From: Marinicella sp.
GTDB taxonomy: Bacteria; Pseudomonadota; Gammaproteobacteria; Xanthomonadales; Marinicellaceae
Assembly (NCBI GenBank): GCA_965230295.1
Contig: OZ246001.1
Span: 2,368,001 to 2,432,000 of the forward strand
Direction of reading: 5' to 3'
Length of the DNA stretch: 64,000 bases
Position numbers and translations under genes: made by a program. Below the pieces are notes generated by a model, which was given only the letters and a program-made list of their open reading frames with translations, searched no databases and had not been told where the DNA came from. Below, piece by piece: positions 22,068 through 31,901 of the stretch (positions within the stretch are counted from its first letter, which is position 1; each line of letters starts with the position of its first letter).

Positions 22068-22349
22068 AATGTTCTCCGTACGATAATATTAGTAGATAGT
22101 CAGATTAATATAAATGATTCTTTTCAGATGTGCAAATGATAATTACCTGGAAACCAGTAAAACTTTAAATTTAAGGTGTTAGAAATGGATGTGTGATACC
22201 CCAAAAGAATGGTTTGGCACATTCCTGCTACTAAAAGTCATGAATGTCGTCAAGTCAACACCACAGCTTAATCAAAACTTTGTGAAAGTTCTTGGGATGT
22301 TCTTCGATTGACCGGCTAAAACCTTAACTTGGTAATAGATGGTATGTGC

Positions 22350-24890
22350 TTAACCAGGAAAAATGAGTTCTTTAGCAGGTTGCCTTAAGTTGTATTGTGA
22401 TGACATGACGGCTCCATAGGCGCCAGTGTTGGCAATCAGAATGGTGTCACCTACTTCGGTTTTCGGCATTTTTCGATCAACACCCAGTACGTCACCGGAT
22501 TCACACATGGGACCGACAATACTCGCTGTATATTGGGTCGGTGCCTCCAGACGGCTTAAATTGACAATGTTGTGCCAGGCACCGTACAGTGCTGGTCTGA
22601 TCAAAGAGTTCATGCCGGTTTCGATGCCGATATAACCTTGGTTTTCTTTCCATTTAGTTTGAGTCACTTGAGCCATTAATATGCCACAATGAGCAACCAA
22701 AAATCTTCCTGGTTCCATCCATAAATCCACTTGGTTGTGGGTTTTTTTGAAGTTTAACAAGGCTGTGTTTAAGGCGGTCATGTCCAGTCCCATGTCGCCT
22801 GGATTTTCCCTGATGCCCAAGCCACCACCGAGGTTGATGATTTTCACATTTGGGAAATAAGACATGCATTGCCCTAAGTACTCGGCGATGCGAGGCCAGT
22901 TGTTGTGATCAAGTATGCCACTACCTGCATGTGAATGAAGCCCCACCACATGTATGTTTTGTTGTTGACACCATTTTGAAACTGCTTGTACTTCAGCCGG
23001 CGGGATTCCAAATTTTGAATGTGTCCCTGCGGTTCTTACATAACGGTGGTGACCACTGCCGTGACCTGGGTCCAGGCGCAAAATCACTGATTTTTGGGTA
23101 AACATTTCTGGATAATCGTACAGCAAAGTTGGGTTGTCAATGGTGACATGCAAACCTTTGTTGATGGCCATTTGGTATTCTTCAACCGGTGCAAAATTAG
23201 GAGTGAACAAGATGTGGTCAGGCACTATGTCATGACAACATGATGAAACCCGTTCTATTTCTTCAGGTGAAACAGTTTCCAGGCAAATGCCATGGCTGTA
23301 AATGTACGACAATATTTCCGGGTGAGAATTCGCTTTGCTGGCATAATAAAAACGATCAATCGCTGTGATTTGATTGAGTTGGTCGATTTGATGTTTAATG
23401 GTGGGTAGATGGTAAACATAACAAGGTGAATGATCGGCAGACAATGACAACAATGCCTGTTGGTGTTGTTGCCACCAGGCTTGGGTCTTTTCAGGTAATT
23501 TTGATTTGTCTTGGATCAATTCAGCCCAGGTGGGGCCGAAATCATCGAGTTCTTTGTCTTCAATAATCAGCACTTCATGCAAGGCGCGGGCCAATTTGTC
23601 AGCTTGATCTTCATCGACGACAAAGGTTTGGTTGAGGTCATTTGATGATTGTGTGGTGATGTATATGCGTTGGTCTGCAAAGGTAGATAACACCGGTGCA
23701 ATTTTGTCTGCCAAAGCACGTATTCGATAACCAACCAAAGTCACGGCAGAGCAGTTTTGAAAAATCTCTACCTCACACATGGGTGCCAGTTCTGTTTTTA
23801 ATTCAGCCAACACACTGTCAGTCAGTATGTTGTCTATGTTGTCCAGAGAGATGGTGATGTTGGTTTGTGCTGTTGAAACCAAATCAATGGACAAACCCAG
23901 TTTCTTGTAGATGCCAAATACATCACCCATGAAGCCAGCCTGGTGCCACATGTTGATCGATTCCATGGAAACCAGTGTCACTTGATGGCGGTTGTTGATG
24001 GCCGAGACACGCGGTTTTTTGGCGCTGTATTCTGTGGCCAATACGGTGCCCTTGGCATCAGGGTGATTGGTGTTCTTGATGACCAATGGGATGTTGTTTT
24101 GTTCGACTGGCAAGATGCAGCGAGGGTGTAGTACTTTACCCCCACTGGCTGCAATTTCTCTGGCTTCCTGATAACCCAGATTCAACAACAAGCGGGCATT
24201 GGGAATGCTGTGCGGATTGGCACTGAAAATGCCGTGGACATCAGTCCATATTTCCAGTCTGGAGGCATTCAAAATAACCGCCATATAGGCTGCAGTGGTG
24301 TCAGAACCGCCTCGGCCCAACAACACCGTTTGCTTGCTTGAATTACTGGCAATGAACCCTGGTATGACATAGAAGTTATCAGTCAGTTTTTGATTGATGC
24401 CGGTATCAGGTATGATGTCACATTTGGCCGATAAAATTTGGCTGTCTGTGCTCCGTTTGTCATCATCTGAACTGACTAACCAGTCTTTGGGGTCAAGGCT
24501 TTGGGCAGGTAATTTTTGGCCAAGGTACTGGATGATGATTTTATGGGTGCACAATTCTCCCATGGCCAACAATTCAGCTTGCTGTAAAGTTGTCAGGGAA
24601 GGTGTGTTGTCCAGTTTCTGCAACAGAAGAAAATCATTTTCCAAGCACTGGGTATCTACATTCAATTGGTCAGCTAATGATGAAATACCTGATATGAAAT
24701 CGGCGTAGATAGACACATTATCATTGATTTTCCGTGTCAGTAAATTGGTTAATCCTGAAGCAGCAGAATGTACCAACAAGACTTTGTGTCCTTGTTTAAT
24801 CCGGGCTGACACAACGTCGACAATGACTTGCCATTTTTCGAGGCTGGAAACTGACGTTCCACCGAATTTCAATACCACCCAAGAATTCAA
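22350..24890 (-). CDS. lysAC: Bifunctional aspartate kinase / diaminopimelate decarboxylase
   Basis: KFGGTS, LGRGGSD, WTDV, ACT domains, then YASKANS, HAGSG, EPGR and GPMCESGD. TTG start at 24890 after AGGTGA is preferred over 24923. Confidence 0.93.
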   Translation of the reverse strand: MNSWVVLKFGGTSVSSLEKWQVIVDVVSARIKQGHKVLLVHSAASGLTNLLTRKINDNVSIYADFISGISSLADQLNVDTQCLENDFLLLQKLDNTPSLTTLQQAELLAMGELCTHKIIIQYLGQKLPAQSLDPKDWLVSSDDDKRSTDSQILSAKCDIIPDTGINQKLTDNFYVIPGFIASNSSKQTVLLGRGGSDTTAAYMAVILNASRLEIWTDVHGIFSANPHSIPNARLLLNLGYQEAREIAASGGKVLHPRCILPVEQNNIPLVIKNTNHPDAKGTVLATEYSAKKPRVSAINNRHQVTLVSMESINMWHQAGFMGDVFGIYKKLGLSIDLVSTAQTNITISLDNIDNILTDSVLAELKTELAPMCEVEIFQNCSAVTLVGYRIRALADKIAPVLSTFADQRIYITTQSSNDLNQTFVVDEDQADKLARALHEVLIIEDKELDDFGPTWAELIQDKSKLPEKTQAWWQQHQQALLSLSADHSPCYVYHLPTIKHQIDQLNQITAIDRFYYASKANSHPEILSYIYSHGICLETVSPEEIERVSSCCHDIVPDHILFTPNFAPVEEYQMAINKGLHVTIDNPTLLYDYPEMFTQKSVILRLDPGHGSGHHRYVRTAGTHSKFGIPPAEVQAVSKWCQQQNIHVVGLHSHAGSGILDHNNWPRIAEYLGQCMSYFPNVKIINLGGGLGIRENPGDMGLDMTALNTALLNFKKTHNQVDLWMEPGRFLVAHCGILMAQVTQTKWKENQGYIGIETGMNSLIRPALYGAWHNIVNLSRLEAPTQYTASIVGPMCESGDVLGVDRKMPKTEVGDTILIANTGAYGAVMSSQYNLRQPAKELIFPG

Positions 24891-25066
24891 AACTTCACCT
24901 GATTTTGCGGTTAAAAAATGCAAACTTTAGGGAAAAAAAATAAATCATGCAAGTATTATCGTTTAATATGTTCTTAAGTTATACCCGCACTTGATTTGAT
25001 CCGTCTCGGGACAGATAGAAATCAAACAATCCACAGACAACTGAATGAAGCAGGAAGACAGTATTT

Positions 25067-27436
25067 ATGAATGAGCACACCAAATTAAAATGGCAAGAAG
25101 TCAGGTGGCAATGTGATGCCTCTGAATTGGGTTTTAAATCCACCAAAGAGGTCAAGGCAACCGATGTGATTGTTGGGCAGGACGATGCCTTGGAGGCGCT
25201 GCAATTTGCCATTGAATGTCAAGCCTATGGACAGAATGTATACGTCAGAGGTTTGAGTGGAACTGGCAGGATGAGCATGGTTTCAAAAATCTTGCGGGAT
25301 GTGAAGCCACAGATCAAACAAAAAACCGAACATTGTTATGTGGCCAATTTTACTCAGCCTGATCGACCCAAATTGATCAGCTTGCCGGCCGGTGATGGCG
25401 TGAAATTCAGAGACATGATGGAGGCCATGAGCCTTTATTTTGCAGAAGAGCTTCAAAAGTCTATGGAATCTGAAGCCTTGTTGGCAGAAAAGAACACTGC
25501 AGAAGAAAAGTTGCAAGCAAAAATCAATGGCCTCACAGGGCCGTTTGAGAAAGAGCTGGCAAAAAATAATTTAGCCATGATCAATGTCAATACCCAACAA
25601 GGGCAGCAAACGATCGTTGCACCCACCATCAATGGAGAAGTTTTAGATCCCAATGTATGGCAACAGAAAGTGGCAGCCGGTGAAATCAGCGAAGAACAAC
25701 AAGCTGTACTGATGGAAGCCCAGCAAGCCTATAGCAAAAAACTAGAAGATTTGGGTCGCAAAATCAATGAAGTTCGTGAACAAGGCATGGCCCAGATTAA
25801 AAACATGTTTGAATCACACATCAGTGGTTTGATTGATGCTGAAATCGAGAAATTCAAAGCGGCTTTTGATAGCCAGCAAATGCTGGCCTTTTTGCAATCT
25901 GTGAAGGAAGACCTGATTGACCAGTTTTTCTATCACAAGAAAAGTACCATCAACCCAGTTGAACGGTATGCAGTCAATTTGTTGTTGGCTCAAGATGGCA
26001 ACAGTGACTGCCCTGTTTTGGTTGAAAGGGTACCTTCTTTGCAAAACTTATTGGGGTCAATCGAAAGTAAGTGGAGTGAGAATGGTCCAGTTTTGGCCGA
26101 TCATATGAGTATAGTTGGTGGTTCTTTATTGCGTGCAGATGGCGGGTTTTTGGTGTTGGATGCACGAGACCTGCTGGCTGAGCCAGGTGCATGGAAAACC
26201 CTCATACGCACCATCAAAAATGAGTTACTAGAAATAGTTCCCGCAGAAATGAATTGGCCTTTTGGGCAACCTTCTTTGAAACCTGAGCCCATTCCCGTAA
26301 GCATGCGTGTCATCTTGATAGGTGACTCGAACATCTATTACTACCTTGACAACCAAGATCCTGACTTTCCTGAATTATTCAAAGTGCTGTCTGATTTTGA
26401 TTCGGTGATCCAACGCAATAAGCAAGGTTATGAGAACTATGCTGCAATCATAGCGAAAATCATCCAGGAAGATGGGTTGTTGCCATTCAATGCCACGGCC
26501 GTGGCTCGGTTGATTGAACATGGTGCTCGGGTTTGTTCACAACAAGATAAGCTGACCGCAAAATTTTCCCGTGTGGCTGATTTGGCTCGCGAGGGTAACT
26601 TCTTGGCTGTTAAAGACAACAAAAAAGTGGTCACCGGTGAGCACATCAAACAAGCGGTTGCCAGGACCAAGAAAAGAGCGGGCCTGTCATCAAGAAAATT
26701 TCAAGAACGCCTACAGGATGGCACCATCAACTTGGATACTGAAGGGTATACGGTTGGTCAGATCAATGGTCTGGCGGTGATCCATGCCGGCCCCATTGTT
26801 TATGGTTTCCCTTCTCGCATCACCACAACAATCGGACCAGGCAGGGCTGGGGTGATCGATATTGAAGGCATGGCAGGTAAATCGGGTTCTATCCACACCA
26901 AAGGTTTTCACATTTTAGGTGGTTTGTTGCGCTACATGTTACCCGTTGAACATCCGTTGACATTTTCAGCTTCAATTGCTTTTGAACAAAGTTATGGTGG
27001 TATTGATGGAGATTCGGCGTCTGGAGCAGAGTTTTGTTGTCTGATATCTGCATTGACACAAGTGCCGATCAATCAAGGGTTTTCCATGACGGGTGCGATT
27101 GATCAACATGGGCGTGTACAAGCCATTGGTGGGGTGAATGAAAAAATTGAAGGGTTCTTTGATACCTGCCAATACCGGGGGCTGACAGGTCAACAAGGTG
27201 TGATCATTCCACATGCCAATGCTGGCGAATTGATGTTGCGGGCAGATGTGCAACAAGCTTGTAAATCGGGTCAATTCGCGATCCATGCAGTTTCTCACAT
27301 CACAGAGGCTATGGAAGTGTTGATGGGGCAGACTGCTGGGGTACTGATTGATGGTGAATATGCTGAAAATACGCTGATGGATTTGGCCATGAAAATGGCC
27401 AGAAAGTACTGGCAAAATACGCAGGCAAAGGGTTAG
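25067..27436 (+). CDS. Lon-like (LonC/AAA_32-type) S16 protease
   Basis: VGQDDA, degenerate Walker A GLSGTGR, LKPEPIP, catalytic DGDSAS and GGVNEK. Confidence 0.9.
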   Translation: MNEHTKLKWQEVRWQCDASELGFKSTKEVKATDVIVGQDDALEALQFAIECQAYGQNVYVRGLSGTGRMSMVSKILRDVKPQIKQKTEHCYVANFTQPDRPKLISLPAGDGVKFRDMMEAMSLYFAEELQKSMESEALLAEKNTAEEKLQAKINGLTGPFEKELAKNNLAMINVNTQQGQQTIVAPTINGEVLDPNVWQQKVAAGEISEEQQAVLMEAQQAYSKKLEDLGRKINEVREQGMAQIKNMFESHISGLIDAEIEKFKAAFDSQQMLAFLQSVKEDLIDQFFYHKKSTINPVERYAVNLLLAQDGNSDCPVLVERVPSLQNLLGSIESKWSENGPVLADHMSIVGGSLLRADGGFLVLDARDLLAEPGAWKTLIRTIKNELLEIVPAEMNWPFGQPSLKPEPIPVSMRVILIGDSNIYYYLDNQDPDFPELFKVLSDFDSVIQRNKQGYENYAAIIAKIIQEDGLLPFNATAVARLIEHGARVCSQQDKLTAKFSRVADLAREGNFLAVKDNKKVVTGEHIKQAVARTKKRAGLSSRKFQERLQDGTINLDTEGYTVGQINGLAVIHAGPIVYGFPSRITTTIGPGRAGVIDIEGMAGKSGSIHTKGFHILGGLLRYMLPVEHPLTFSASIAFEQSYGGIDGDSASGAEFCCLISALTQVPINQGFSMTGAIDQHGRVQAIGGVNEKIEGFFDTCQYRGLTGQQGVIIPHANAGELMLRADVQQACKSGQFAIHAVSHITEAMEVLMGQTAGVLIDGEYAENTLMDLAMKMARKYWQNTQAKG

Positions 27437-27439
27437 AAT

Positions 27440-27531
27440 TGTGACCCGGTTCACAAAGGTTAAATACTTTTTTAAGAAATCGCCTTATCTTTATGATTTT
27501 ACTTGAAGTTTTATTTTTCTTTTGTTATGAT
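27440..27531 (+). promoter_or_regulatory. CRP/Clp-type site plus sigma70 promoter
   Basis: TGTGA-cccggt-TCACA at 27440-27455; TTGAAG (27503-08), 17-nt spacer, TG-extended TATGAT (27526-31). Confidence 0.6.
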
Positions 27532-27606
27532 TAATATTGTACGAAACTATTTCTTTTTCAGCTGGTCTGATAAGCGTTGAAGTTTAATTTTCGGGGATGA
27601 AGCAAA

Positions 27607-28386
27607 GTGTCAACTAAATTGAAGGGTAAAATAACTGGTTTAGCACTGATGGTGCTGGCTGGAACTACCTGGGCTGAAGAGTTGAAACCATTCAAACCCT
27701 TTGACATTGCCGGGGTGACGACTCCCACATCCATCAACTTCCCAACTTCGATCAACACCTCCAATAACAATGCCTCGCCACTGTTTCGTGGCACCTTGAT
27801 GGATAACTATGCCAGCTTCGATTTTTTAAGTCCACAAGACAAGGGTTATCACCTTTCAACCAACAGGGAAGGGCTGTTTGGTGATGAATTGGTGGTCGGC
27901 ATGAAATTTGCTGATTGGTTAACTTTGCGCTTGAATGTGATTGATGAGAGTGACTCAACCCATTTGTTTTCAACGGTAAACTACCGAGGGAATTATCAAT
28001 CTGATAGTGATTTAGTGGGTTATCAGTTTGGTGTCAGCTCGGTCATGAATATCAGCGACAATTGGCGCCTGGGGTTTGATTTGGGTCGTGGTAAAGTGGG
28101 TGGCGACCTGGTTGGTTTGTACCAAGATAATTTAGACACCACTCGGTTGGGATTCGGTATCAGAAATCAAAAGTTCGGAGCAACGTTCCAGTCTGATTTC
28201 ATGAACAGATCTTCCAACAATGAATTTGAACAAGCCACCATGGATTTGCAAGTGGACTGGCATTTCACCAAAGATGGAACCATTTCATTTGGAGCCCGCC
28301 GCAGCGTCAATGAAAACACTTCAACCACCTCACTGGATCAACTCAGAGGCACTGTTCCTTACATTAAATTCAAACACAATCTATAA
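27607..28386 (+). CDS. Hypothetical exported, probably outer-membrane beta-barrel protein
   Basis: Signal peptide ending TWA; alternating amphipathic strands; C-terminal strand VPYIKFKHNL. Confidence 0.65.
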   Translation: MSTKLKGKITGLALMVLAGTTWAEELKPFKPFDIAGVTTPTSINFPTSINTSNNNASPLFRGTLMDNYASFDFLSPQDKGYHLSTNREGLFGDELVVGMKFADWLTLRLNVIDESDSTHLFSTVNYRGNYQSDSDLVGYQFGVSSVMNISDNWRLGFDLGRGKVGGDLVGLYQDNLDTTRLGFGIRNQKFGATFQSDFMNRSSNNEFEQATMDLQVDWHFTKDGTISFGARRSVNENTSTTSLDQLRGTVPYIKFKHNL

Positions 28387-28432
28387 TTCTGTTATATTGA
28401 TTGTCTTTATTCAGCAATAGATTTTCGTTATT

Positions 28433-29011
28433 ATGTATCCACTGCATAAGTTCTTATTATTGATCGGCAGTGTACTGTTGATGACAGCCTGTCAAAATAA
28501 ATCAAACATCAAACCAAGCCATGCCCAAAATCGTGTGAATTTAGCCGATAAGCATGCTTACGAATTCAGTGGGAAAATGTCATTTTCAGATGGTCGAGAT
28601 GGCGGTTCCGGCAGAATTGTTTGGCATTATGAAAAGGAAAAAATCGATGCCACTCTGAAAGCTCCATTAGGTAGTAAGAGCTGGCAGGTGGTTGAATCAG
28701 AAAGTGGAACTACCTTAATCACCAGCAAAGGTGAGGTGTACAGGGCCGAAACCACTGAAGCACTCATCAGCGAACAATTGGGTTGGCCTGTACCTTGGAC
28801 TCAATTGAGTGCCTGGGTGTTGGGGCAACAATTTAACAGCAGACAATCCCAATTGAAATGGGCAGATGACAGTTTCACCATCAGTGAAAATGGTTGGCAG
28901 ATAGTCTACAGCAAACTGAAAGCTTATCCGGAAGGTGTGATGCCTCACAAAATGGTGGCCCGAAAAGGCGATTATGCCATTAAGTTATCTGTCAAGAAAT
29001 GGCAATGGTGA
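28433..29011 (+). CDS. lolB: Outer membrane lipoprotein receptor LolB
   Basis: Lipobox MTAC, FSGKMS, APLGS, LGWPVP..L..WVLG, GWQIVY; lies upstream of ispE. Confidence 0.88.
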   Translation: MYPLHKFLLLIGSVLLMTACQNKSNIKPSHAQNRVNLADKHAYEFSGKMSFSDGRDGGSGRIVWHYEKEKIDATLKAPLGSKSWQVVESESGTTLITSKGEVYRAETTEALISEQLGWPVPWTQLSAWVLGQQFNSRQSQLKWADDSFTISENGWQIVYSKLKAYPEGVMPHKMVARKGDYAIKLSVKKWQW

Positions 29012-29823
29012 AACAACAAATCCTCAGCCCTGCAAAAATCAATTTAATGTTGAGGGTGTTGGGACAGCGATCTGATGGTTACCATGAATTACAGACTTGT
29101 TTTCAATTGTTGAATTGGGGTGATTTACTGACTTTTGAACAAAACCAAGCCAATGGCAGCAATCAAGTTGACATCATTGGTTTTGGTGATTTAGCTGTTA
29201 AGGATAATCTGATCTACCAGGCTGCACAAATGCTTAAGCCCTGGGCACAAGCCAATACAGATTGGACCATTACGGTAAACAAACAAATTCCTATGGGGGC
29301 CGGTTTGGGAGGTGGTAGTTCTAATGCGGCCACCACTTTAAAATTTTTGAATGAACACTGGCAATGCGACTTAAGTACATTCGATTTATTGGCTTTGGCT
29401 GTCAAATTGGGTGCAGATGTACCCGTCTTTATATTAGGGCAGGGTGCTTTGGCAACAGGTATTGGTGATGTGTTGAGCCCCAGAAGATTTGAAACACCTT
29501 ATATACTGTTGTTGTTGCCAGATTGTCATATCAAAACACCAGACTTATTTAAAGCCAAAGAACTGGTCAGAAACCAAAGTGTATTGAATGAGTCTTCATT
29601 GCATGACCAATCATTTTGGATCAATGATTTTTACCCAGTGGTCTTGCATCAATTTCCTGAGATTAAACAGATTTATGATCAATTGCGAAATCAAATAAAT
29701 TTGAAATTGTCGGGTACTGGATCAGCCATGTTTGCCTTGTATGACGATGAAGCCAGGGCCATGAAAGCTCAGCAACTGGCCAGTCAAGTTTGTCGCAGCC
29801 TGGTGGTTGAATCCATACAATGA
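29005..29823 (+). CDS. ispE: 4-diphosphocytidyl-2-C-methyl-D-erythritol kinase
   Basis: SPAKINL, DGYHELQT, PMGAGLGGGSSNAA, LGADVP, SGTGS. Confidence 0.96.
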   Translation: MVKQQILSPAKINLMLRVLGQRSDGYHELQTCFQLLNWGDLLTFEQNQANGSNQVDIIGFGDLAVKDNLIYQAAQMLKPWAQANTDWTITVNKQIPMGAGLGGGSSNAATTLKFLNEHWQCDLSTFDLLALAVKLGADVPVFILGQGALATGIGDVLSPRRFETPYILLLLPDCHIKTPDLFKAKELVRNQSVLNESSLHDQSFWINDFYPVVLHQFPEIKQIYDQLRNQINLKLSGTGSAMFALYDDEARAMKAQQLASQVCRSLVVESIQ

Positions 29824-29912
29824 TATGCGGTTAAAATGCTTCCCTAGGTGGATGCCTAAAATGAGTTCAAATTCAATGCCAAAAAAAACCCAAAAAATTT
29901 AGATTTTTGGCT

Positions 29913-29999
29913 TTGCATTAAAATTTTATCTGGTTATAATATGCCGCCTTTGAAGCAGATTATGCTGTTTTCAAAGAACAGAGCCAAACCCAATATAAT
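29913..29999 (+). promoter_or_regulatory. Tandem sigma70 promoters for tRNA-Gln/prs
   Basis: TTGCAT-N16-TATAAT (29913-29940) and a second TATAAT (29994-99); each is followed by GC-rich discriminator-like bases. Confidence 0.5.
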
Positions 30000-30010
30000 G
30001 GCTCGCGAAT

Positions 30011-30086
30011 TGGGATGTCGCCAAGTGGCTAAGGCACCAGGTTTTGATCCTGGCATTCGCAGGTTCGAGTCCTGCCATCCCAGCCA
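30011..30086 (+). tRNA. tRNA-Gln(TTG)
   Basis: TGGGATG/CATCCCA acceptor stem, anticodon arm CCAGG-TTTTGAT-CCTGG, GGTTCGAGTCC T arm, encoded CCA; usual ispE-tRNA-Gln-prs position. Confidence 0.97.
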
Positions 30087-30140
30087 TATTACTGTGATGC
30101 CTGCGCTGAGCGCGGGCATACTTATATCTGAGGCTGATAA

Positions 30141-31094
30141 ATGTTCGATCGTGGTATCAGGTTGTTTTCAGGCAACGCCAACCCCGCATTGGGCCAAAAA
30201 ATTGCAGACAACTTAGGCGTTCCTTTAGGGCGTGCTAAGGTTGGCCGTTTCAGTGACGGTGAGGTTTCTGTAGAAATCAGAGACAATGTGCGTGGCCAAG
30301 ATATTTTTTTGATCCAGCCCACTTGTCGCCCTACCGCAGATAATTTCATGGAATTGGTGGTTATGGTAGATGCGCTGAAAAGAGCTTCTGCCAGGACAGT
30401 CACCGCTGTGGTTCCTTATTTTGGCTATGCCAGGCAAGACCGCAGACCCAGATCTTCTCGGGTGCCAATCACAGCCAAAGTGGCTGCTAAAATGATTGCA
30501 GCTGTAGGGGTTGATCGGGTGTTGACTGTAGATTTACATGCCGATCAAATTCAAGGCTTTTTTGATATACCAGTGGATAATGTGTATGCCTCGCCTTTGA
30601 CTTTAGCTGATATGTGGCAGCGTTTTGACAGCAAGGACGTGACCATTGTTTCGCCAGATATAGGTGGTGTAGTCAGAGCCAGGGCGATTGCCAAAAGGTT
30701 GGGTTGTGAATTGGCAATCATTGATAAAAGGCGCCCTAAGCCGAATATGGCTAAGGTCATGAACATCATCGGTGATGTCAGCGATCAAATTTGTATTTTG
30801 GTGGATGACATGATTGATACAGCGGGTACTTTGTGTGCTGCATCTACTGCCTTGAAAGAGTGGAATGCCAAAGAAGTACATGCTTATTGTGTGCACCCTG
30901 TTTTATCAGGAGATGCCATTAAGAACATAGAAAATTCAGGGTTAACAGAGTTGGTTGTCACTGACACCATTCCATTACGCCAAGAAGCCCTGGATTGTAA
31001 AAAGATCCGTCAGTTGTCTGTCGCAGAAATGCTGGGAGAGACCATCCGACGAATTGCTAACAGAGAGTCTGTTAGCTCAATGTACATCGACTGA
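30141..31094 (+). CDS. prs: Ribose-phosphate pyrophosphokinase
   Basis: [36 protein letters not shown]. Confidence 0.97.
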   Translation: MFDRGIRLFSGNANPALGQKIADNLGVPLGRAKVGRFSDGEVSVEIRDNVRGQDIFLIQPTCRPTADNFMELVVMVDALKRASARTVTAVVPYFGYARQDRRPRSSRVPITAKVAAKMIAAVGVDRVLTVDLHADQIQGFFDIPVDNVYASPLTLADMWQRFDSKDVTIVSPDIGGVVRARAIAKRLGCELAIIDKRRPKPNMAKVMNIIGDVSDQICILVDDMIDTAGTLCAASTALKEWNAKEVHAYCVHPVLSGDAIKNIENSGLTELVVTDTIPLRQEALDCKKIRQLSVAEMLGETIRRIANRESVSSMYID

Positions 31095-31140
31095 TTGTTA
31101 ACAATCAGATCGGTGATTTATGTCCTGGTCGCAAGGACAT
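31091..31140 (+). promoter_or_regulatory. Putative rplY (bL25) leader structure
   Basis: Perfect palindrome ctgattgttaacaatcag (31091-31108) and hairpin ATGTCCT-GGTCGCA-AGGACAT (31120-31140) directly before the rplY RBS. Confidence 0.5.
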
Positions 31141-31163
31141 GTTTACTTAAATAGGAAAATATT

Positions 31164-31838
31164 ATGGCAATTTTTAAAGTAGAAGCCGAATTGCGTGAAG
31201 ATGTAGGGAAAGGTGCGAGCCGCCGCTTACGACACGCAGGCCAAGTACCAGTGGTGCTATATGGCGGTGCCAGACCACCAGCCAACCTCGCCCTGGATCA
31301 CAACAAAGTATTGCGCTTGATCGAAGACGAAGCGTTTTTTTCAAGCATCATCGAATTCAGTGCTGATGGTGGTAAGAAACAAAAAGTAGTGATCAAAGAT
31401 GTGCAAAGACATCCTGCAAAACCAGTGGTCATGCACATGGATTTCATGCGTGTCAATGAAAAACGTGAAATCACCATGTTGATGCCATTGCACTTTTTGG
31501 GCGGTGACACTTCTCCTGCTGGTAAATCATCTCGTGTGATGATCGATTACCAAATGAATGAAGTTGAAATCACTTGTTTACCAAAAGACTTACCAGAGTT
31601 CATTGAAGTGGATGTGTCTACATTTGATGCAGGCGACAATTTACACCTCAGTGATATCAAGATGCCTGAAGGCGTTACCTTGACTGCCTTTACCCATGGT
31701 GATGATGAAGCACACGACTCTGTCGTGGTCTCTACTGCCATCATAGGTCAAGCTGAAACTGAAACAGACGACGAAGCTGCACCTGCTGCAGATGAAGTTG
31801 AAGCCACTGAGCAGTCTGGCGACGACTCGGCTGAGTAA
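31164..31838 (+). CDS. rplY: 50S ribosomal protein L25/general stress protein Ctc
   Basis: GKGASRRLR, VPVVLYG, QRHP, HMDF, LPEFIEVD, acidic tail. Confidence 0.96.
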   Translation: MAIFKVEAELREDVGKGASRRLRHAGQVPVVLYGGARPPANLALDHNKVLRLIEDEAFFSSIIEFSADGGKKQKVVIKDVQRHPAKPVVMHMDFMRVNEKREITMLMPLHFLGGDTSPAGKSSRVMIDYQMNEVEITCLPKDLPEFIEVDVSTFDAGDNLHLSDIKMPEGVTLTAFTHGDDEAHDSVVVSTAIIGQAETETDDEAAPAADEVEATEQSGDDSAE

Positions 31839-31848
31839 GATCGACTCG

Positions 31849-31880
31849 ATCAAGGGAAGTACACCGCTACTTCCCTTGAT
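31849..31880 (+). terminator. Stem-loop between rplY and pth
   Basis: 13-bp stem atcaagggaagta/tacttcccttgat with only a weak U-tract. Confidence 0.45.
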
Positions 31881-31901
31881 TACTCTTAAACCATTCATCA
31901 C

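Noticed and set aside
22215-22230. Sigma54-like TGGCAC...TGC
   Set aside because: Only 9 nt between GG and GC (10 required) and no plus-strand gene downstream.
24924-25066. Lysine riboswitch upstream of lysAC
   Set aside because: The interval is too short and lacks recognisable L-box motifs.
26972-27454. 160-aa minus-strand ORF
   Set aside because: Antisense to the conserved Lon protease domain; no recognisable features.
29934-30216. ORFs 29941..30216 (+) and 29934..30119 (-)
   Set aside because: They overlap tRNA-Gln and its promoter; shadow ORFs.
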